From assembly GCF_001194135.2 (NCBI RefSeq), contig NC_068983.1, positions 148,271,581 to 148,332,934 of the forward strand: DNA of 61,354 nucleotides, given 5' to 3'. The DNA comes from Octopus bimaculoides (taxonomy: Eukaryota). Positions 38,936-51,830 of the stretch are shown here, piece by piece. The translations under genes and the position numbers were made by a program. The notes below the pieces were generated by a model that saw nothing but the letters and a program-made list of their open reading frames with translations, did no database searches and was not told the DNA's origin. How positions within the stretch are numbered: the first letter of the stretch is position 1; every line of letters starts with the position of its first letter.

Positions 38936-39285
38936 AGGGAGAAGACAATCCATTCACAACATAAGGGATTTTGTTTTAATTTGTTTTAGTCAGTTGAGAA
39001 TAATATCGGAGAAGGAAGGAAACAAACATTAATGGAGTTATTTATTCACGCTGCTATAATATAATAGTAATAATATCCATCGTAAGAATCAGTGATGCAA
39101 TGATGCATGGGCAATCTTTCGATCATAACTTTTAGTTTGTGTTTCGACAAGATTCAAATATGTTAATGGAAATGATAGTTATACAGTGTGAAGTAAAGAA
39201 GCACGAAGAGATACAGAATTTTTTTATCAATTTGGCATTGGTGGTAGTGGAGGTAGTGGTGCGAATAGCGACGAGGGAACAACTA

Positions 39286-39286
<1 letters not shown>

Positions 39287-39326
<40 letters not shown>
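39287..39326. repeat. (TAG)n microsatellite
   Basis: Direct reading. Confidence 0.95.
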
Positions 39327-40274
39327 ACAGCAGCAGCCTTTATTGCTTTATTTTTTTTACATGGAAATGCAAACTATTTTCAGTGAAGAAGAAAAAGTGG
39401 AAAAAAAGTTGATAGTTGTGATCTTTGTTGTAATAGCTATTGCTGTTGATGATATTTTGGTGTTGGTGGTGGTTGTGGAGGTTGAATCAGTAGCAATCGT
39501 GGTGGTGAGGGATTACGGTATGCGGTGGAGAGGAGGGTAGTGGCAGCGGTGAAGAAAACGAAGGTGTATGATGGGATGAACAATAAAAAAGATAAAAGAT
39601 TACAAAAAGAGAGCTAAGGGCATTGAATTGAAAATTGCCAGATACAACTTCACAACGCAGGGTTTCATTGCGTCACATTTCTCACCTTGACCAAATTCAA
39701 ACGATTAGTTGACAGGGAAAAAATAATACTTGAAAAAGAACTTGTGAGATCTGGTCTATCATAATCCTTTTTAGATGTATTCATTTGTGAACAATAACCT
39801 CATTTTCATACTTGGGTCTCGTAAAGATAGTCGGTGATCTAATGTATTATATGTTCCAGTTTATCAGCAACAAACTACAGGTGTTTCGGCACATTATTCT
39901 AGAAAGTCAAGGTTATATTAGCGAATGTAATGTGCAATACTTCTCAAGATATTACAATGTGTGTGCATGAACGTGTATGCCATGTTTACAAGCATAATGT
40001 ATCAGTAGGTTTTAGTTAAAAACTCATGGAACAGGCAAACGAAAAAATGCTTATACTAAATACAATATTTTCATGGGCAGATAAGGAGTGATACTCCAGT
40101 ATCTTGGCGGTTCCCCATTTTATCTCAACGAAGATATCGTGTTGAAAGGTGAAGTATTTGCATCTAACTACGACATACAGCATATATTATGCAATACAGT
40201 AGATAACACTAAGTTAGACAACAGTTACTGCACCAGTAAAATACTCGCACTTATACATAAATACATGCTTACAA

Positions 40275-40405
<131 letters not shown>

Positions 40406-40864
40406 TGTGTATGTATGTATGTATTTACAAGATATTGTCTAAATTCCGTTGCAAGACCTTATTTCTAAGTAGGAAGCTAGGCTTCCTCTATTTGCGAGAA
40501 ATATATAACCAAGAACACATACATGCATACTCGCGCGAGCGCACACACATAAACACATACCAGCATATATACATAATTATATTTGCTTTTATAGATGATA
40601 ATATGGCATATATATAACAACTTTGAAGTGCCTTCGTGTAAGTTATCCCTACATTGCTTTAGATTATTGAGTACATTTTCCTAAACTGTGATTCTCTCAG
40701 GGGTTTTTATGCATAGATATACACAAATATACACACACATATACAGAAGTATATATATATGTATATATATATGTATGCATGTATATATACATATGCATAT
40801 ATACATATATATACGTATATATACATATATATTTGCACATATATGTACATATATACATATATAC

Positions 40865-40905
<41 letters not shown>

Positions 40906-41109
40906 NNNNNNNNNNNNNNNNNNNNNNNNNNNNNNNNNNNNNNNNNNNNNNNNNNNNNNNNNNNNNNNNNNNNNNNNNNNNNNNNNNNNNACATATACAG
41001 GGTGCGTAAGATATTTGAGAACAGATTTTTATGTTTATAAAAAAAAAACAGCTATATAATAACCGATAAAAACTTTGTTTATCAAAAAGTGATATGAGGA
41101 TAAAAATAA

Positions 41110-42230
41110 ACCTTTTTTATAATGTTATTCAATGAAACATCTCAAGGCTGTAACTGGCTGGTTAGGCCACCTGGATTTACAGCTAACTGAGTCTTCAGTT
41201 CTCCAATTTAATCTTATGAGCTCAAAACTGGTCCCAAACCAATAAGGCAGGTTCATTTAATAGCCTGCCTCAACACCTGGACCACACTTTATCAAGCCAC
41301 AATTTCATTCCTCCCTCATCCATCCAACCTTTTGTGTGGACATGAACATAAATGTCATTGGGTATCCTTTCTTTAGTCAATGTCTTACTTATAAAAATTA
41401 AAGAAGGTGGTCGTTTTGTGTCATCGACGCAGCATGCTAATACAACTGTGTAGTGTGTCATTTCATGGCCACATGTTTTAACAGTTGGTCTTAGCACCCT
41501 TAGATTCTACTGACTTGTTTGAAGTCGCATCAAATCTCAGAAAACTCGTCCATATTCTTCTCTTGCATTAATGACATACCTGTGAAAGTTAGAAATTTGA
41601 TCTTCGTATACAGTGGGCATTTTTGTGCTATTCTTGCCCTAATCCTCATACAGAAGTTATTTCTCCTCATAAATCTGGAACATCATGATTTTGGCCCTTT
41701 AAAATCATTGATATCTCTATCCATTACTATAAGTCTTGAACGGTACACAATCATTTTAGTGGATACTGAAAAGCCCGATCTTCCTTGCTGTAAAACCCAT
41801 GCTTTTAATTTGTCTTGTAGACCTGACCACTTTACCACTCCCTTACGGATGCAGTGTTTGCTACGTTTACCAGCTTTTAGCTGCTCTACTTTTTCCGTCC
41901 AAGGAAACAAGAAGAGCAGCTGGGTTATGTATGTTGGGGAAGGAAGTAAGTAAGATGATGTGAGCTTCCCTGACTGCCGACGTATCGTAAGCAATTTTTC
42001 GTAAGTCTGTGTTAACAGACAGTGATAATTCGGTTTGTTTCAATATTTTATAATTAGTAACACAATTTACTGTAATAATTTGGCTTGTTTTCATTGTCTT
42101 ATTATTAACAACAATTTCGGTGCCTAGAGAATTTACCCAGTATGCCCGTCCATCTCCGTAACCTACGGCGCTCGATCTCCCATCAGCAATACGGCCGCAT
42201 TAGGCGCAGGGCAATTTTTTAATACATTTA
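41110..42230 (-). mobile_element. Decayed pogo-superfamily DNA transposon (CENP-B-type HTH plus DDE_1 domain, POGK-like)
   Basis: HTH: KLKAWVLQQGRSGFSVSTKMI...FKGPKS*CSRFMRRN. DDE region: VKTCGHEMTHYTVVLACC..DTKRPPSLIF...KGWMDEGGMKLWLDKVW, VWDQF*AH, PGGLTSQLQP*DVSLN. Confidence 0.9.
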
Positions 42231-44785
42231 ATGCGTATATGATTTTAGCTAATTGTATTCATCTACTGAAGACTTTTAGTCGGTAGTAGTTAGTGACGAG
42301 AAACCAGTATTAATGCTCTAGAGTTAAGTGATGAAAAGGAACTGACTGAGATTTCAACTTCTTTTGTATTAATTTACAGAATAAGAGAGTTTATATTTGG
42401 TTAAACCTTTAAGAAAATGGACATTGGTATTGTTTGAGTGAAAGAGCCCAATCACTTGAGCTTCATAAGAGAGAAATAACGTATGTATTGCGTATATTCA
42501 CAATTTTTTTTATAGAGTAATATTTTAGGAGTAATGAATGATTTAACAGCTTATTTAAATGAATTCTCTGAGACAACTATTATCATTTCTCTTTCTCTTC
42601 ACAGTTTAAAATATAGACTATTCATAACTTTTATATTAGCAGTGGTATTATAACTTTCATAGAAATACTTCCATAAACACTTAAGCACATATACATGCAT
42701 TCATACAACAGACCACGGATAACTAACTGTGGACAGAAAGTGGGAGAGAAAGCGGGAGAGAGAGAGAGAGAGACATAGTAAGATAGTTAATGGTCAGCCT
42801 ATTTATTTCCATGAACATTGCTGACCAAAGCTTTTTCGTGACTTTAGTTTACGTATGGAAGCATCAATTGCTGATAAAAAAGCAAACTCTCCTAATGATG
42901 TAGTTTTTCAAATGGATTTCTACAACCTCAATTATATTTGCAGACTTTGTAGTCTCGAAAGATTTTACTCTAAGACATGCAGTAGTACTCTTTTATAATA
43001 CAGGATTGGTGCAGGAATTCATTCTTATGGATGTGAGAATTATTGCAATTCTCGTACTGCACATAACCTCATACAAATCATATACTCTAACCCTTCCCTT
43101 CCCCGCACGTCAACTCCAAATTTCTCTACAACACACAGGTTATGATTCACAAATTAACTAGCAGGTATTCAAACTAAACATTCATCCGTATCGATCCCAC
43201 CAATCTCGGACGGACTGCAAAAGTCAGGGGCATTGTCCCTTCTTTTTGAATAAGCCATAAAAAATAATAAACAGAAAGTAAATGCTATCATCAATTCAAA
43301 ACACCAATGCCGACAATCTTTTGATACGTTAGAGTAGAGAACCATATCAATAAAAGATTTCGACTAAATTTACATTGCAGATATGATTTTGTGGAAACGT
43401 TGATAGTAAATAATAATTTCTTCCTGCTAATGTTATCCAAACAGCAAACATGTAATAGAGAACGTGATATACTGATGAATCTAAAGATTGGAAATATGTA
43501 CATCGCAAATGTAGAATTAGCGATACACATAAAATTGGTAGTTTTCTTTTACCGTAACTCAATAGATTAAAAATGGACACATGTGCGTGGATGCATGTAC
43601 ATATGCATGTATACATAATTATGCGTGTATGTATGTACGTACGTATGTTTGTATATATGTACGTATGTTTGTGTTGATGGATGGAAGTTTCAGACGAGAA
43701 AGGCAGCGATACATTTGTGAAAAAAGTATGTATGTATGCTTGCAAATGCTTCGGAAATTCTCAAACTCATTACGCGTGTACTTTTGCATGTATATATGCG
43801 TGCACACATATATATATATATATATATATATANNNNNNNNNNNNNNNNNNNNNNNNNNNNNNNNNNNNNNNNNNNNNNNNNNNNNNNNNNNNNNNNNNNN
43901 NNNNNNNNNNNNNNNNNNNNNNNNNNNNNNNNNNNNNNNNNNNNNNNNNNNNNNNNNNNNNNNNNNNNNNNNNNNNNNNNNNNNNNNNNNNNNNNNNNNN
44001 NNNNNNNNNNNNNNNNNNNNNNNNNNNNNNNNNNNNNNNNNNNNNNNNNNNNNNNNNNNNNNNNNNNNNNNNNNNNNNNNNNNNNNNNNNNNNNNNNNNN
44101 NNNNNNNNNNNNNNNNTATATATATATATATATATAAATATATATATATAATACAACTGTTTGTATGTATGTCATATGTATGTGTGTGTGTGTGTGTGTG
44201 TGTGTTTATGCGTGTGATCAGAGTATAGCTCGTTTGTAACAATAAAGTTCACAATTTCATGTTTATCAATGTTTCTAGCCAAATTTTAAAGATATGAAGC
44301 ATCGGCTTCTGAGTTGGCCTTTGTTACAGAGATTGTCTTATGTCTATACAGATTTTCACCAAAATTCGTGCATTAGAGCTTTAGAATTATGCGTCATACA
44401 AATCACATCTATTGTGTGCCGAAGCACAAAGCAACAATGACCATACAGCATACACTACAACGGTAAATCAGATGAGGTTTGAACACTAATGCACTAACAA
44501 TCAAGTGCCGGAGAGAAAGCTTATTAACATAAGTTATCATTTATAAAAAGACCAATGGTAATATTTATCCCCACTTAAACATGGACGTTAAGTTAGGACA
44601 AACTTACTGCCATATACAGAACATTTAAATGTGTGTAAATAGTACCTCTCGGTATAGTTCCTCTGTCATTGAATTATATTTTTCAAAAAGGCCAAAGTAA
44701 AAGTCAAAACAATTTTTTCATCCAGAAGATAAATTTGAGAAATATTATTCCAAACAATGCATAATATATTCTTTTACTTATATAT

Positions 44786-44853
44786 ATGACACTCAGTGGG
44801 ACTGAATACGGATTCATGTGGTTGGTACTTACCACACAGCCACTCCTGCGCCT
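44786..44853 (-). mobile_element. SINE family B head fragment
   Basis: The minus strand reads AGGCGCAGGAGTGGCTGTGTGGTAAGTACCAACCACATG...TTCAGTCCCACTG. Confidence 0.8.
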
Positions 44854-45129
44854 GTATGTATATATATANNNNNNNNNNNNNNNNNNNNNNNNNNNNNNNN
44901 NNNNNNNNNNNNNNNNNNNNNNNNNNNNNNNNNNNNNNNNNNNNNNNNNNNNNNNNNNNNNNNNNNNNNNNNNNNNNNNNNNNNNNNNNNNNNNNNNNNN
45001 NNNNNNNNNNNNNNNNNNNNNNNNNNNNNNNNNNNNNNNNNNNNNNNNNNNNNNNNNNNNNNNNNNNNNNNNNNNNNNNNNNNNNNNNNNNNNNNNNNNN
45101 NNNNNNNNNNNNNNNNNNNNNNNNNNNNN

Positions 45130-45166
<37 letters not shown>

Positions 45167-45183
45167 AAACATCATATATTAAA

Positions 45184-45236
45184 GCGCTACTAATAGTTTC
45201 ATATGTTGAGAAAAATCAAACATATTCTTCAGGTGC
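45184..45236 (-). ncRNA. Type I hammerhead ribozyme motif, intact catalytic core, one A-C mismatch in stem I
   Basis: The minus strand reads GCAC-CUGAAGA-AUAUG(uuugauuuuucucaa)CAUAU-GAAA-CU(auu)AG-UA-GCGC. Confidence 0.65.
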
Positions 45237-45385
45237 AAACCATATATCTTTATTTTTTACATTTTAGTTTGCTTTTCGTTTAACGTTTTCCGTTGTTTTT
45301 CTATCTGCGTTTTCTATATGGTGTATTCCCAATTATTTCGCGTTTCTCTTAAACAATTTCTTTAGGTAGTTGTGATATGTGTTTT

Positions 45386-45438
45386 GCGCCTGAAGAATAT
45401 GAAAGAGTTTTCTCAACATATTAAACTATTAGTAGCGC
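45386..45438 (+). ncRNA. Type I hammerhead ribozyme motif, intact stems, G12->U lesion
   Basis: GCGC-CTGAAGA-ATATG...CATAT-TAAA (GAAA expected; T at 45422)-CT(att)AG-TA-GCGC. Confidence 0.55.
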
Positions 45439-45488
45439 TTTGATACATGTATTGTGACCTTTAAAAAAATAATATTTATCTCTCACCA

Positions 45489-45623
45489 AAGCAGCGAGCT
45501 GGCAGAAACGTTAGCATACCACGCGAAATGCCTAGCAGTATTTCGTCTGTTGCATACTGGTGTCAATCTAATCGACTGACCCCCTCCTCCAAAATTTCGG
45601 GCCGTGTGCCTATGGTAGGAAAG
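45489..45623 (+). mobile_element. Internally deleted SINE family C with 18-bp target-site duplication
   Basis: Flanks are AATATTTATCTCTCACCA (45471-45488) and AATATTTACCTCTCACCA (45624-45641), 17/18 identical. Confidence 0.85.
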
Positions 45624-46027
45624 AATATTTACCTCTCACCAGATGGAGTACTTTTTTGTTGAATTTTCTATCACGAATCAGTACATTATATATATATATG
45701 CGCACTCACACATCAATACGGAATTCTAAATATTCATATTAATACACATTTGTATTAACGTTAATATTCTTCCCTTATGAGTATTATCTGTATGTTGTTA
45801 CATAAAGGTTACGGTATGTCTGAGCACTTGTGTTTATATATAGCTGTGCGTGTATGTGTGGGTGTGTGCGTATGTGTGTGGGATTGCGCGTGTATTTCTG
45901 CTTTGCTTATCAATATCTGTGTATGTTTCCGTAGATGAATCTCAAATAAACTGAAAAGAATAATACTACACTGATTATAGACCTTTAGATAGCGTTTGAC
46001 TGGTATATGGGAGATAAATTATCCAGG

Positions 46028-46392
46028 CGAACCACATGGTTCCGGGTTCAGTCCCACTGCGTAGCATCTTGGGCAAGTGTGTTCTACTATAGTCTCGAGC
46101 CGACCAAAGCCTTGTGAGTGGTTTGGTTGACGGAAACTGAAAGAAGCCCATCGTATATAAGTATATGTATATATGTATGTGTGTATGTTGGTGTGTCTCT
46201 GTTTGTCCCCCTGGCGTTGCTTGACAACCGATGCTGGTGTGTTTAGTCACCGTCAACTAGCGGTTCGGCAAAAGACACTGATAGAATAAGTACTAGGCTT
46301 ACAAAGAATAAATCTTAGGGTCGATTTGCTCGACTAAAGTTGGTGCTCCAGCATGGCCGCAGTCAAATGACTGAAACAGGTAAAAGAGTAAA
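46028..46392 (+). mobile_element. SINE family B (5'-clipped head, internal TA/TG tract, tail)
   Basis: AACCACATGGTTCCGGGTTCAGTCCCACTGCG...GACGGAAACTGAAAGAAGCCC...GGTGCTCCAGCATGGCCGCAGTCAAATGACTGAAAC. Confidence 0.9.
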
Positions 46393-46405
46393 GTGAGGAA
46401 AAAGA

Positions 46406-46446
<41 letters not shown>

Positions 46447-46452
46447 TATATA

Positions 46453-46614
46453 GGCGTAGGAGTGGGTGTGTGGTAAGTAGATTACCTACCGACCACATGG
46501 TTCCGGGTCCAGTCCTACTGCATGGCACCTTGGGCACGTGTCTTTTACTATAGCCTCGGGCCGACCAAAGCCTTGTGAGTAGATTTGGTAGACGGAAACT
46601 GAAAGAAACCCGTC
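46453..46614 (+). mobile_element. SINE family B head/core
   Basis: GGCGTAGGAGTGGGTGTGTGGTAAG...GGTTCCGGGTCCAGTCC...GACGGAAACTGAAAGAAACCCGTC. Confidence 0.9.
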
Positions 46615-46856
46615 ATATATATATATATATAAAACAGATGAGTTCCAAAAGTTTTCAGTAAAGAAAACACTTATAGCGCTCAAATGTTTCGAACTTAAAC
46701 TCCAATATCTTTACAGGAAGAACAGCTTTGTGGGGTAAAGTGTGCCTATAAGTGGAATCAAAATGTCCAGATTTTCATATAATAAATATCTATATATTTG
46801 TACTTAAATATTCATTGAATGTCTTCAGTATTTGATATCTCACTCTCTCTCTCTCT

Positions 46857-46896
<40 letters not shown>

Positions 46897-46934
46897 GCTG
46901 TTAGAGTTACTCTTTTTTTCTGTACAGAGGTACT

Positions 46935-47200
46935 GATCAATGTATCCGCTATCTATAAAAGAATAAATCTGTAAATCAAGGAACCCAACACTCAAGTACT
47001 CCGAAGAAAAAAACATCAAATTTTCACTTTCCACAGCTAACTTCACCTTGTAGGTGTGAACAAAATCCTTGGCCCCGAAGACACTTCTTTATTTGAGCAA
47101 GCAAATAGAAGTCGAGGACCCTTTCACAAATATGGGCTGCTTCGATTTTGCAACTTCTGTTCTTGTTTTCACAGTGCTCGAAAAGTTTCATTACTGAAGG
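46935..47200 (-). mobile_element. Second, older mariner transposase C-terminal remnant
   Basis: SPYL...DFYLLAQIKKCLRG...VKLAVE resembles the mariner SPDLAPSDFYLF..LK..LRG.RF motif. Confidence 0.5.
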
Positions 47201-47849
47201 CGTTCGAACTGTGTTCATCATATCCATTAGGATTGTTTCTTCTTTAATATACGGAAAAGTGATACAAGGGATTGTTGGAGTTATTTCTCGAAGATCAATA
47301 ATTTTGTAACTATCGCAAGAGCACGTGAAGTTGTACATTAACTATTGTTACTCATTTATTTTTACTCTCTATAATTCCAATTTATTTGTTTTTATTGCCT
47401 TGTAAATAATTTAACTCCCTTTGTAAATGACTACAACGCCATGCTCCTTTTTTCCCAGAAAAATTAATCACGTATAAAAAAAAAAGAAAAGAAAGCAGAG
47501 TAGCGTAGCACTTTCCAAGTTGTTTAGCCTTCGATGGGAAATAAAGGGTATTTTCGTAATCGTACTGAATAAGGAATGCGATAACATATGACAATCTACA
47601 GATAGGACCAAAATGAGTTTCATCAATTCAATATGGAATATTAACTATTGAGTAACTAGCAACAGACGGAATTGATGAAAACGGATAAGAATTATAAAAA
47701 TTGTCATTAGCATCTCTCTGCCACTCAGAAATTCAAAATCTATCGGAAAATACAGTGTTTTTCAATCGTTCAATTTGATCGGAAAACAGGAAAACAAAAA
47801 TAAATGTTATAATTTATTCCATTTAATGGAATGTTATTAATTTGATGCT

Positions 47850-49700
47850 TCATTCTGAACATTTTTTTTTTCTCTTTTCACTCATCCTTTCCACTACATT
47901 TTAGTTTCCTTTCACTGTTTATCTCCTCTTTCTCCCTTTTTTCCCTCTCACGCTTCCTTACCATACTCTTTATGGCAACGCTAATACCCAAATTGTTTTA
48001 CTGTTTTTCAATTTCCTCCTTTCTCTCTCCCTATCACTCCCTATTGTTCTTCCTCTCTGTGCCCCATCTCTCTAACGCTTTCTAATCTTTCTTTCTTCTT
48101 GTCTCTCATCTACCCTATACTCTCACGAAGTTCCCTTTTTCATCCTCTGCCTTTCTCTCTGTTCTCTATCTAAACAACAATCTTTTATGCCCAACATTAT
48201 CTCCCTCTTGTAAGCTTTTTTACTTTTATTCTTTTCTTTTTTATGGGGGGGGGGGCGGCGGTTATATTTCAATTTCCCCCATAACTTCAAAATAGTTCTC
48301 CCTACTAAGCCAACTTCTTCCTTGCGTTTCTGCATATCTGTTTCTCTCTCCATATTTTTTTCACTACATTCCGTTTTCCATAACTTCAACTATTCTCTCT
48401 CTTCGTCTCTATCACTCCCTTTCTCTCCCTCTCCAATTCTAATATCAACACATCTTCACTCATTTACTAAATTGCTGTTTCTCATCGGCTGCCTTTTCTC
48501 CCCAAGCTCTTTTTACTCCCCCCCTTTTCCTTCACTATTTCCCTTGTGTATGTCCATTTGCACTATTTCTCTTTCCGTATCCCCTTCCCTCGTCCTCCAT
48601 TTCACTCTCTTTAATTTAAAATCACAACATAAAAAAAAATTGTCTGTAATATTGATGAAATTCTAACTTATTGATAGTTACGCTTGAATTTTTACTTTTC
48701 AGATTGAGAAGTGGTTTTATGAATAAAGAAAAATCATATCAAATAGACTTAATAATCGTTGGAATTTCTTCTTTTTTTTTCCATTTATATATTTTCGTTT
48801 ATTTTCCTTTTCAAAAAAAATCGCTTAATTTTCATTTCTTCCTGTTTGTGTTTCATTGTCTTCTTTTCTTTTTTTTTTTTTTACATTTTTGTTAATGTCG
48901 TCCGATCAATACGAACATTTCCACAGCATTTTTAAATAAAATCATTTTAACACCCCAACTTAAACATTTTCAAATCTGTCCGAAAAACACTAAACCCATC
49001 CCAGATCTCTTTCAATCACTCTAACATTTTCTCTCAATATCCAATATTTATTACCAGCCTTCCCTTCCTCCATTTCTCGTTCACTAGTTTATCTCCCAAA
49101 CTATTTTAATATTTCTATCTCATACTATATCTCTATCTCTCAAAAGAGCAATATTACCTGTATCTCGCAAATCCCCTTTCCATCTTACAATTTCATCATC
49201 ATTTACTCAAACCCCACCCTTTTGTTTCCCACCAGGTTATTATCTGTTTCATTCACTCTTCACCTCTTATTGCTGTCTTTTCTTCCACGAGTTCATTATC
49301 TTTTACATCCCACATTCTCTTGTTACTATATGATCTCCTACTACTCCTCTCTTCTCCCTCATTAGGTCATCCTTTCTTGCTAGCCCCTCCTTTTCTCATT
49401 CGATCATTATCACTTGTTACCCCTCCTTCTCTCACCCTTTTATTATCCGTTATTCACAGCTGCTTCATCCTTTTGATTGAAAATTTCTCATTTTTATCTT
49501 TAAATTTTGATTTTCAATTTTTATTCCATTTCCATCGCTTTATATGTATATATATATTTTTTATTTTTTTTTAGTTCTATCTTACATTATTGCTTCGATT
49601 TTCCTTTATCTTATAATTCTCTTCATGCTTTCATATAAGACCTTTCTCTTGTCTTTGACTTTTTTGATATTTTTTTCCGTTAATGAACGTCTCCCTTTAT
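47850..49700. repeat. Pyrimidine-rich (C/T) low-complexity region
   Basis: Strong T/C skew with no recognisable protein motif in the ORFs. Confidence 0.7.
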
Positions 49701-51274
49701 TGTTTCTATCTTTCACAAAGAGTCAGTCCCCTTTTAAAAACCAAAGCATAAATGTGAAAGACAAAAAGCAATAGATATTGGCTGACATTATACTTGTCGC
49801 AAAACACAAGATATCTTTATAAAATATGCTAATTTTTCAAGCTTATACGAGTATATTTTATTTACTCAGTGATTCCTTCATCACTACTTCCGTAAGAACG
49901 GTAAAGTATATACTTCGTAAAGGAGATCGGAAGAAACCGAAACTTTCCATAGTTATCTCCCTCACTTGTCATTATAATTAGCATATCATTAGAAAGTGAG
50001 CTAATGGTATCTTTGCCCGATCAATAAATTATTTTTAATTAGATCTTTGGTGCTCACTGCTTTGAGTATGCCAGGCCTAAGATTGTACATTTATGAACAT
50101 TCTATCATTCTGTATACTCCAAAGATAATAAAATATGATTCATTCGAAATAATAATTCTGACTCAAAATATAAGCAAAAGATGAAACCGCGTATACACAC
50201 ATACTCGCGTCCATAATGCATGAATGCATGTATGTATGTATGTATGTATGTATGTATGTATGAATGTATGTATGTATGTTCTTATCTAATTTTTCTCCTC
50301 GTTGTGTTCTGTCTGTCCAACCCTTGATTTATATATATATATAACCAAATTGGGGGAGTAGAGCAGATAAAATTCAGGTTACATATGTCACCCGGCTAGT
50401 AGATACTTTGATGTAATAATTATTCAACGCGGGTTACTCGGCGAATTCTCATCAGGCCTCAAGATACCTCAGTTATATGAAGGTTAAGGAATTCCAAGTT
50501 AACTCGCCGAAGATTTATTCTGAAATGAGTGGGGTAGTCAGAAGAACAGACTAGAAATATGAAATTAGAAGAAAAAAAACGTAAAAAACAAATGCTTGAA
50601 GAAATAAGATGGTCAGTAAGAAGAAAGAGGGAAGAGGTCGAATATTTGTGAGTGAAGAATTTTCAAAAGTTGTTAAGAATGAAGAAAATGAGAAGGGGCG
50701 GGAAGACGGGGGATATACAGTGTAGCTGGATGCTGACTTTGAGGGAAGGGTCTTAATGAATATTAAGCAGAGGCCACTTTATTGTGTCTACAGTAAATCG
50801 GTACTTAGGCGCACCCATGCGTAAACATTCAAACAGACAAAAATTTAGAATAGATGAAATAGCTAGGAATAAGAAAAAAGAAAAGACAGAAGTTCAAATT
50901 CAGGAATGGGAGTTAGTAAAGAAGAAAGGGAGGGAGAAAAAAACAAAAACTGATAGAACTTGAAGGGGAACATAATAGTTCTAGTTATAGTTGATCGCTT
51001 ACTATCTCATATACATATTCGCGTAACCGCACGCACACGCGTACACTCACGACATGCCCATAGTTCAGCATATGCTAATTCTCGTGGATCATATTTCTGC
51101 ATTCTGTATGACGTGTGACCTCAACATTAGCCTGAAGAAAGACTTTTATCATGTTCCAGCCTTCATAAAAAAAAAAAAAACGTATATTGAACCATCTATC
51201 TTAGTTGAAGAATAAGTATCGATCGTAGTAAGCAAGTTTTTCTATCTGGGCTGCACACTCATCTGTTTCGCTCC

Positions 51275-51830
51275 TTAGGTGACGAAATATATTTTAGGCT
51301 TCAGAAGGCAAGTAATTTCTTAACGGCTCTTGAATCTTGTATCTGGCCCAACATCACAAAGCGAACAAAAGTCGCTGTGTACTATGAGTGTGCGTTGGCA
51401 TCGCTCCTTTACTCAAGTGGAACACACTTTACAAGCATCGTACAGGGGTCCTTGAACGCTTCCAGCAGAGATGTATGAGACACTTTGGCTGGCCCTTTCG
51501 GACTCCTGACCCGAAAGGAGTTTTGAGCGTTGAGGTGAAGGTGCAAAAGCACCGTTTACGTTAGGTTGTCAGAGAATCACTAAGCAGATGCTATATGGCA
51601 AACTTGTTTGTGAAAAGTACCCCCAACAGAAACCAAGATTATCATTTAAGGATTGTGTAAAGTTCACATTGAAAGCATGTGAAATATGGAAGGTCAAATT
51701 GGAAATTAGTGCCTGTTATCGGCACACATGGAGGAAATAAGTTAAGGAAGGAGAGGTTGTTTTCGATGAAACACTCGATTTCCATTCAGAATTTAGGCGA
51801 GCTACTCGAAAATGCACTGCATTTTTTTGG
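51275..51830 (+). mobile_element. Decayed RTE (BovB-like) LINE ORF C-terminus
   Basis: DEIYFRLQKAS..., TKVAVY, LERFQQRCMR and ITKQMLYGKL...KPRLSFKDCVKFTLKAC...RHTWRK match the RTE post-RT region. Confidence 0.85.

Larger units (their letters stand above)
45174..45445. mobile_element. ORF-less mini-element made of two divergent hammerhead-bearing arms (45181-45248 and 45374-45441, 60/68 identical) around a 125-bp T-rich spacer; probable non-autonomous PLE derivative
   Basis: Manual reverse-complement alignment; an HHR fold is present in each arm. Confidence 0.65.

Noticed and set aside
40996-41110. TACAGGGTG terminus typical of Tc1/mariner MITEs
   Set aside because: Single end next to a gap; no partner TIR is visible.
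50420-50460. Minus-strand CTGATGA-GAATTC hammerhead-like start
   Set aside because: No GAAA box or stem III follows.
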